This document shows positions 57,550 through 64,000 of a DNA stretch of 64,000 bases, piece by piece (the stretch's first letter is position 1; each line of letters starts with the position of its first letter). The DNA is from an uncultured Candidatus Saccharibacteria bacterium (GTDB lineage Bacteria; Patescibacteriota; Minisyncoccia; UBA6257; WO2-44-18), in NCBI GenBank assembly GCA_964637575.1, contig CAZWVU010000003.1, forward strand, positions 65,586-129,585. Direction: 5' to 3'. The translations under genes and the position numbers were made by a program. The notes under the pieces are model-generated. The model was given only the letters and a program-made list of their open reading frames with translations, was not told where the DNA came from and ran no database searches.

Positions 57550-60500
57550 ATGTTTAAGCCAAAGAGAATACTCTTTTTGGTGCTTATTGGACTGGCACTG
57601 TCAGGCTTTCTTTTTGCATGTGAAAGGACGGCCAATGCGGAACTCACCGTCGTTGCCGGGCCGTACACGAATGCCGCGTTGCAGCAGGTGTCTGACAGCC
57701 CCGTCCAAACACTGGAAGGTTGGTTCCGCAATCTTGGCAGTTTAATTATCAGCAACGTGCGCCATACCGCGGTGAGCGTGGCGGATATATTCCGGCCCGG
57801 CGCCGCCCAGCCGCTGGCCCAGCTTCTTCCGCAGAACCAGCTTGCGCAAACAGTAGAAGTGACTCCGTTGCCCGGCACGGAAACGGTCAACAAGACCACC
57901 TCCACGTCCGGCTCGGTCACCACTCAGGTCATCGAACGTCAGATCACCCCGATCCAGATCAGTGTCAGCGTGAGCCAGAACGCTTCCAATAGTAATCTCC
58001 AGACGGAGATCAACGCGCTCCAGTCCCAATTCACCGCCTTCCAGCAATCCCAATCCCAGGTCACCCAATCTATTTTCCAGGTGGTCGGGCAAAGCAGTAT
58101 CTCCAGCAAATTTGTCACTGATCTTCTCACTGATGCCAACATTCCCAACAACATCACCGTTTCCGGATATCTTCCGGTGGCCGGAGGCAGCTTGAGCGGC
58201 GATTTGGGTGTGGGTGGCGTATTGAGCGTCACCGGCACTGCTACTTCTTCGGTAAGCGGTCCGCTCACTATCACCACGACGACCGCGACCTCTTCCTTCA
58301 GCGGGGGATTGACGGTGGCGGCGACGAGCGGCGTCTTCGGCATCGGCACGACTACTCCAGGCGCTGCGCTCGCCGTTGCGGGCAACGCGGTAGTCGGCGG
58401 GAACACGACCATCGTCGGCAATCTGGACATTCAGGGTTCCTGCACCGGCTGCGGCGGTTCTTCGATCGTGAATCTTAGCGAAGCCGGATCGCTCGATGGC
58501 TTTGCCTCCACTGCTCCCTGGGGCGTCTTATCGGTTGAGCAGATATCTTCCAACAATACCAACCTTCCCGCCTTTATCGTTTCCGATCAGGGCACCTCGA
58601 CCGCCTCACTCATCGTGATGAACAACAACGGGTATGTCGGCATCGGCACCAACACTCCTTCGGAGCGGTTTACCGTGGGAAAAGGGAATTTCCTGAATCC
58701 GATCGCGAGCACGACGCCGCTTGCCGGTGTGGATTTCGGCAGCGATGCCGTTGAGGGCATGGCCATTGTCGGCCGCTACGCGTATGTAGTAACGACCGGC
58801 GATACGGGAACCTGCACGACCTCAACGTTTACCGGCTGCGAATTCAAGATTATCGATCTCCACAATATCAAAAAACCGGCTATCGTCGGCGGGTACGATC
58901 TGGAATCCACCAGTTCCTTTACCGATGGTGGCGAGTCCATCGCGGTTTACGGCCGCTACGCGTATGTCGGGAAGTACCAGAGTGCGAAAACCTGCAGCCA
59001 GCCGAACAATGTCAAAGGCTGCGAGCTGGTGATCTTTGATATTTCCAATCCGGCTTCCACGACGGTGGTGAGCGGCACCAATTTTGACACTGTGGGCATC
59101 CGGGCGATTCAGACGAACGGCCGCTATGCATATATCGGGACCAGCCGGGACAGCGTGACGTGCTCCGTTCCGGGCGAGCCGGAAGGTTGCGATTTTCAGG
59201 TGTACGACGTATCCAACGTTGCCTCCACCACCTTTATCGGCGGCACAGATCTTAAAGACGGAGTCAGCAACATCGGAGTTACCATCAACGGGGTCCAGAT
59301 CCGCGGTAAATATGCCTATGTCGCCAAGTCGGAATCGGGCGGCGAAACGTGCGACACTACATATGTTACCTGCGAATTTGTGATCTATGATATTTCCGAT
59401 CCGACCAACCCGACGGCGATCGGCGGCGCCGATCTTGGTCCGGCCGCCAACAGCCAGGTGGCGTATGGACTCGCCATCCAGGGACGGTACGCTTACATTA
59501 CTACTGACGACCAGGCTGCCGCGTGCACCCCGTCTACCGGCAATGGCTGCGGACTGCTCGTGTTTGATATATCCAATCCCGCCTCTCCCTCGCTGGTAAA
59601 CGGTTTTGATATCGCCAACAACAGCGGCTCCGGCGTCATCGCCTTCGGACATTATCTGGTAGTGACCAACTCCGTTAATTCCGGGAATTGCACCGGCCAA
59701 AGCGATTGCACCACGAGTATATTCGATATCAGCAACCCGAACTCTCCTTCGTTTCTTGCCGGCGTTGATACCGGCGAGAAGGGCGTCGTGAGCGATGGTT
59801 TTCTCAACGCGGACGGCCGTTATCTGTTCATGTATGGCGGCGAAAACAGCACTGTCTGCAGTGGCACGGATGTGAGCGGCTGCGAACTTCGCGTCTACGA
59901 CCTCGGCGGCTCCGAGATCGGTTCCGCCAACATCGGATCCCTGGAAGCGGGCATTGTTTCCACGCAAGGCGATCTGACCGTCGGCGGCAATGCCAGGATC
60001 GCCTCCGGCCTCAACGTCGGCTTCGCCGGCATTGGCACTGAAGGCACCCTGATGGTAGCTTCCTCATCTTCATTCTTCGGACCGATCGGCGTCGGCACCA
60101 CTTCACCGCAAGGCATGGTGGCTATCGATAACTCCGTCGCCGGCACCAAAATGCCCGCACTTCTCATCAAAGCCGGCGGCACGGGCAACGGCAATATCGC
60201 CATCGCGGTTAGTTCAACCGAAGTTTGCAAAGATACCGTGAACGTCGCCACCTGCGTGCTCAACGACCTTGCGGAGCTTTACCCTGCTTCCGGTCAGCTG
60301 GAAGGCGGGGACATCGTTGCCTTTGATTCTGGCGCGCCGATTAATGTGAAAAAAGCCGGCTATGACAATCGTGAACAGCTGGCGGGTGTTCTCTCTACAA
60401 ACCCGGCGATCGTTTTTGAAGGTTCCAAGATCAAGATTATGGGCGGCTCTTATCAGTGGGAAGGCAGCAGCGTACCGGTAGCGCTCTCCGGAAGAATTCC

Positions 60501-61053
60501 GGTCAAGGTCTCTCTGGACAACGGTCCGATTCATATCGGTGATCCGATCACGATCTCTACTTCCACGCCCGGCGTCGGCGTGAAGGCCACCGAATCCGGC
60601 AAGATCATCGGCTACGCGCTGGAAAATCTCGATACGGCAACGACCGCCCCGGGAGTATTTGAAAAAGTAATGATCTTCGCCAACCTGACTTACTGGCAGA
60701 ATCCGAAACAGGACAGCCAGAGTTGGCTCGCCGCCGTCGCTGACTGGCTGAAGGGAGCGGTAGTAACAATACAGGAATTATTCGTCGGGAAACTTACGGT
60801 GGGAACGCCGGATCAGCCGGCGGGAATTACCATGTATGACCAGGCGACCGGACAGCCGTACTGCTTCGGTCTCCGGAATGGCGCCGCGGAATATGTGCCG
60901 GGGGCGTGCGGATCCGCCGCGTCTGTTACCACGCCTTCTTCACCGTCCGATCCTTCGCCATCTTCTTCCGATTCTGCAACTTCAACGACCACTCCGGATA
61001 CTGCTACTCCCGATACCGTGGTTCCTGATGCCTCTGGCACGCCGTCGCAGTAG
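57550..61053 (+). CDS. Large secreted surface protein: coiled coil, Thr/Ser-rich beta repeats, 7 LVIVD-like repeats and a fibre-type C-terminal domain
   Basis: Signal peptide; GIGTTTP repeats; GRYAYV...DISNP repeats; DLAE.Y...VALSGRIPVKVS..NGPI..GD. Confidence 0.85.
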   Translation: MFKPKRILFLVLIGLALSGFLFACERTANAELTVVAGPYTNAALQQVSDSPVQTLEGWFRNLGSLIISNVRHTAVSVADIFRPGAAQPLAQLLPQNQLAQTVEVTPLPGTETVNKTTSTSGSVTTQVIERQITPIQISVSVSQNASNSNLQTEINALQSQFTAFQQSQSQVTQSIFQVVGQSSISSKFVTDLLTDANIPNNITVSGYLPVAGGSLSGDLGVGGVLSVTGTATSSVSGPLTITTTTATSSFSGGLTVAATSGVFGIGTTTPGAALAVAGNAVVGGNTTIVGNLDIQGSCTGCGGSSIVNLSEAGSLDGFASTAPWGVLSVEQISSNNTNLPAFIVSDQGTSTASLIVMNNNGYVGIGTNTPSERFTVGKGNFLNPIASTTPLAGVDFGSDAVEGMAIVGRYAYVVTTGDTGTCTTSTFTGCEFKIIDLHNIKKPAIVGGYDLESTSSFTDGGESIAVYGRYAYVGKYQSAKTCSQPNNVKGCELVIFDISNPASTTVVSGTNFDTVGIRAIQTNGRYAYIGTSRDSVTCSVPGEPEGCDFQVYDVSNVASTTFIGGTDLKDGVSNIGVTINGVQIRGKYAYVAKSESGGETCDTTYVTCEFVIYDISDPTNPTAIGGADLGPAANSQVAYGLAIQGRYAYITTDDQAAACTPSTGNGCGLLVFDISNPASPSLVNGFDIANNSGSGVIAFGHYLVVTNSVNSGNCTGQSDCTTSIFDISNPNSPSFLAGVDTGEKGVVSDGFLNADGRYLFMYGGENSTVCSGTDVSGCELRVYDLGGSEIGSANIGSLEAGIVSTQGDLTVGGNARIASGLNVGFAGIGTEGTLMVASSSSFFGPIGVGTTSPQGMVAIDNSVAGTKMPALLIKAGGTGNGNIAIAVSSTEVCKDTVNVATCVLNDLAELYPASGQLEGGDIVAFDSGAPINVKKAGYDNREQLAGVLSTNPAIVFEGSKIKIMGGSYQWEGSSVPVALSGRIPVKVSLDNGPIHIGDPITISTSTPGVGVKATESGKIIGYALENLDTATTAPGVFEKVMIFANLTYWQNPKQDSQSWLAAVADWLKGAVVTIQELFVGKLTVGTPDQPAGITMYDQATGQPYCFGLRNGAAEYVPGACGSAASVTTPSSPSDPSPSSSDSATSTTTPDTATPDTVVPDASGTPSQ

Positions 61054-61062
61054 TAGAATGTC

Positions 61063-62547
61063 ATGTCCAAGAAAATCTTTTTCGTCATTGGAGCAGGGTT
61101 AGCACTGCTGGCCGCGACCGCGTTCGCGCAGACGACTTTCACGCTCACGCTCCATCTTACCAATCCCGGACCGGATGCGGTGAATGTTGTCGGCAAATTC
61201 ACCCTGCCCGATTGCCTTATCCCGCAGAATTTGCCGGCGGGCCAGTCTTGGGATCCCATCTCGCGCGTACTCCGGGCGCCGCTTGGCCCGCTCGCGAGCG
61301 GAGAGACTGCGTCAATTCCGATTGAAGTGGAAGTGACAACTCCGCAGTGCTCCGGCAACGCCACGGTGGAAGGGGAATACACCTACAGCTATGTTACTTC
61401 CGGCGCGGGCGGCGGCAGCCAGCCGGCGCAACATGTTCCTCCCACGCCCGAAACCATTACTCCCGCTCCCGCCGAGCAGTCGGCCGCGCCCGGCGGCGCC
61501 AGCGCCGGCGGACCGCTCCAGACTTTGAATTTCCTGCCTTCGCCGGTCGCGAACGCGGTGCGGTCGCTGCGGGAAAATCCCCAGGCGGTGGCGATCGTGA
61601 ACCAGGCGGTGGCGCCGGCGGCGCTGCTCGCAAGCGCCCTTTCCACCATCGTCGTTACCGGCAACGCCGTAGCCGCCGGGTCGCATATCGTCCTCGGCTG
61701 GTGGCAGACGCTCCGGTTTATTTTTCTTGGATTTTTAAAACGGAAGCCGAGATATCCCTGGGGGCGTGTGATCAACCAGTGGACGCAACAGCCGATTGCC
61801 GGCGCCCGGGTAAACGTGGTGGAGCCGGTGTTCAAGCGGGTAAAAGAAACGCAGCTTACCGACCGCGAGGGACGTTTCGGATTTCTGGTAACGCCCGGCG
61901 CCTATTACCTGACGGTGTCCCGGGCGGGGTTTGCGCCGGCGCACACCGAGGAGTTTTCCGTGGGGGAGAACGTGGCGGCGCTGAATCTGACGGTGGAAAT
62001 GGTGGAAACGCGGAGAATTCTTTCCGACGTGCGGACCTGGTGGGTGAAATTCATCCATGCCGTCAACGACTTTTTGTACCAGATCAATCCGCTGGTGCTG
62101 GTGGTGGGCACGGGAATCAGCGCGTTTGCACTTCTCGTGGTGCCCAGTACGCTGAATGTGATCGTGCTGATTTCCTACGCCGTAATTGACGCCGCCAAAG
62201 CCTGGCTTTCACTCTATTCCGCGAAGTCCTATGGCCTGGTTATCGATCAACAGACCCGTCTGCCGCTCGCGTTGAGTGTCATCAGAATTTTTAACGTCGA
62301 CAACAACTGGCTGATCGGCACGCGCGTCGCCGATGACCGCGGCCGCTTCACTTTCCTTACGCTCCCGGGGCGCTACTATCTAAGCTGCGACAAAGCCGGT
62401 TATCAGGAGTTGAAAACCGCCCCGATCGCGATCAGCCACGCCAATATTTTCAGGCAGACGCTGGCGCTTGCGCCGGCTTCGCAGGATATTCCGCCCAGTT
62501 ATCCACAAAGTCTTCCGCCCGATGAAAGTCGTGGTATTATGAAATAG
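61063..62547 (+). CDS. Membrane protein with two carboxypeptidase-regulatory-like domains
   Basis: PWG.V....QPI...TDREGRFGFLV.PG.YYL.V occurs twice, separated by TM helices. Confidence 0.8.
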   Translation: MSKKIFFVIGAGLALLAATAFAQTTFTLTLHLTNPGPDAVNVVGKFTLPDCLIPQNLPAGQSWDPISRVLRAPLGPLASGETASIPIEVEVTTPQCSGNATVEGEYTYSYVTSGAGGGSQPAQHVPPTPETITPAPAEQSAAPGGASAGGPLQTLNFLPSPVANAVRSLRENPQAVAIVNQAVAPAALLASALSTIVVTGNAVAAGSHIVLGWWQTLRFIFLGFLKRKPRYPWGRVINQWTQQPIAGARVNVVEPVFKRVKETQLTDREGRFGFLVTPGAYYLTVSRAGFAPAHTEEFSVGENVAALNLTVEMVETRRILSDVRTWWVKFIHAVNDFLYQINPLVLVVGTGISAFALLVVPSTLNVIVLISYAVIDAAKAWLSLYSAKSYGLVIDQQTRLPLALSVIRIFNVDNNWLIGTRVADDRGRFTFLTLPGRYYLSCDKAGYQELKTAPIAISHANIFRQTLALAPASQDIPPSYPQSLPPDESRGIMK

Positions 62548-62556
62548 TAAAAAACT

Positions 62557-63432
62557 ATGGACGGCGACGATGTAAAAATAACCACCGGTGAAGGCAGGGG
62601 TCCGGAAACCCCGCCTGTTTCCCCGTCCCCGATGACTCCTCCCGCAAGCCAGCCGGATTTTCTTTCTTCCGATAATCTTGCTCCGTCTCCGGTCCCCGCA
62701 GGGGTGGAAGCAGGCCCGCGGCCGCTTCGCGTCATCGTCTTTGTGCTGGTCGGGCTGATCTTTGTCGTCGGCATCGGCGCGCTCGGTTATTTCGTTATCT
62801 ACCCGATTATTTTTCCGGCAAAGGCTCCGGCGGAAAATCCCGCGGTCAACACCCTGCCTCCGGTAACGCAGGCGTCTCATGCTTCCTATCTTAAGGCTTC
62901 ACCGTCGGGAACCGCCGAAATCAAGCTTGGCGATACCAACTATCCGACCATTGCCAGCGCCCTGCAAAATGAATCCCTCAATCAGCTGGCGGACGGCCAG
63001 TATAAAGAAGTAAGAATTTCCAGCAACAGCGGGCAGGTTCCCTTCGCCGCGTATCTCGGCGGCGTGAGCCCGGCGACAAAAGCGCTGGCTCTCGGCGACT
63101 GGTTTGAAAATGATTTTACGGCCCTGTTGTACTATGATCCCGCCGGTGTGTGGCCGGTGTATGTCGCCAAATTGAAACAGGGCGTGGCGCCGAGCGCGGT
63201 CATGTCGGGTTTTAAAGGCGCTGAAGGCGTCCTGGATCTTTCCAACTTCTATCTGAACTCGCCGGGAACGTTCAGCGCGTTCAAGGATGGAAAAGTGGCC
63301 ACCTACGCGACGCGGTATACCATCGCAAGCACCCCTGGCGCTGCGTTCAACTATGGCGTTGCCGGAGATTACTTTATCATCAGCACCAACTACAACGCGC
63401 TGAAGGGCGTGTTGCCGAAGCTGGGACTCTAA
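62557..63432 (+). CDS. Hypothetical membrane protein (Pro-rich N-terminus, one TM, extracellular domain)
   Basis: 291-aa ORF with coherent codon usage. Confidence 0.75.
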   Translation: MDGDDVKITTGEGRGPETPPVSPSPMTPPASQPDFLSSDNLAPSPVPAGVEAGPRPLRVIVFVLVGLIFVVGIGALGYFVIYPIIFPAKAPAENPAVNTLPPVTQASHASYLKASPSGTAEIKLGDTNYPTIASALQNESLNQLADGQYKEVRISSNSGQVPFAAYLGGVSPATKALALGDWFENDFTALLYYDPAGVWPVYVAKLKQGVAPSAVMSGFKGAEGVLDLSNFYLNSPGTFSAFKDGKVATYATRYTIASTPGAAFNYGVAGDYFIISTNYNALKGVLPKLGL

Positions 63433-63440
63433 CACCTACT

Positions 63441-63680
63441 ATGGCGAACAAAGACTTTGAAGATCTGAAGACGAGACTTCTTAAGGAACAAAAAGAAATT
63501 GCCGAAACGCTCGCGAAAATGCCGGAGGTGCCGGATTCGGGCAGCGACGTGGAAGGGGAGGAGGCGGAAGAGGAAACTGATGAAGCGGAGGACTATTTCA
63601 ACCAGATCAGCCAGAAGCAGGCGCTCAAAACCCGTCTCGTGGAGATCAAGGATCAGTTAGACAAACTTTCCAGGGGTTAG
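63441..63680 (+). CDS. DksA/TraR-like coiled-coil protein lacking the C4 zinc finger
   Basis: LK.RLL.E; acidic tip EEETDEAED; LK.RL.EI...L.KL..G followed by a stop. Confidence 0.6.
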   Translation: MANKDFEDLKTRLLKEQKEIAETLAKMPEVPDSGSDVEGEEAEEETDEAEDYFNQISQKQALKTRLVEIKDQLDKLSRG

Positions 63681-63824
63681 ACGGTTATCGGAAAATTCTC
63701 TCGGGAACCGGGTGTCCGTCGCGCTCCGGCGGCGCGCCGGCACCGCTTAGCTCTCGCCGATTCGCAAGGCACCAAGCCGAATCGTCTCCGAGATATTCCC
63801 TCAAGAACTTTCCGATACCCGTCT
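63679..63824. other. Structured intergenic element or ncRNA candidate
   Basis: 21-bp terminal stem AGACGGTTATCGGAAAATTCT / AGAACTTTCCGATACCCGTCT enclosing two hairpins. Confidence 0.55.
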
Positions 63825-63878
63825 TTTTATTTATTTTTTTGAATAATGAAAAACCGCCCTCGAAAGGGCGGCTTAGTT

Positions 63879-64000
63879 TTATTTGAATCGCTTGGAGCAA
63901 AAGCCGGCTTTGCGGGCGTAGATCGCGGGTCGCGGCGGGACATATTTCCGGGCGTTTTCCCACCAGGTTTCCCAGACTTTCCTGGTCAGGTCCCAAGTGG
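63879..64000 (-). CDS. 3' end of a hypothetical gene cut by the window edge
   Basis: ..TWDLTRKVWETWWENARKYVPPRPAIYARKAGFCSKRFK* followed by a terminator at 63849-63872. Confidence 0.45.
   Translation of the reverse strand, partial: TWDLTRKVWETWWENARKYVPPRPAIYARKAGFCSKRFK

Overview
Bacterial chromosomal window read in standard code 11. Gene content and style point to a Patescibacteria/CPR (Parcubacteria-like) genome, which is an inference: dimeric-type GlyRS, short ValRS and IF2, TrbC/VirB2-like pilin trio, DUF4012 and large surface proteins. The backbone is housekeeping: valS, recO, glyS, metG, tatD, leuS, glmS, htrA, rplS, parB, rel, topA, dprA, rbfA, infB, xerC/D, gpmI, gyrA, rpsA, rpsO, pnp and 7 tRNAs (Leu x4, Val, Ile, Cys). 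Accessory cassettes with Shine-Dalgarno sites are scattered through it. They include two tandem SPFH + paralogous membrane-anchored partner modules, a queuosine-salvage hydrolase, a patatin, two zinc-finger microproteins and a 58-aa Cys-rich microprotein missed by the ORF track. There is also a DUF4145/Shedu defence islet and a GIY-YIG gene bounded by terminal inverted repeats. The non-coding DNA holds several repeat families: a ~265-bp two-lobed palindromic element in two diverged copies, a 63-bp hairpin in two copies, and a ~105-bp AT-rich heptamer-periodic repeat in two copies. Similar heptamer arrays also sit in frame inside leuS, valS and other genes. A tRNA 3'-end duplication and two unexplained structured-RNA candidates are present. 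No CRISPR array or rRNA was seen. All family calls come from motif recognition by eye, not from database searches.
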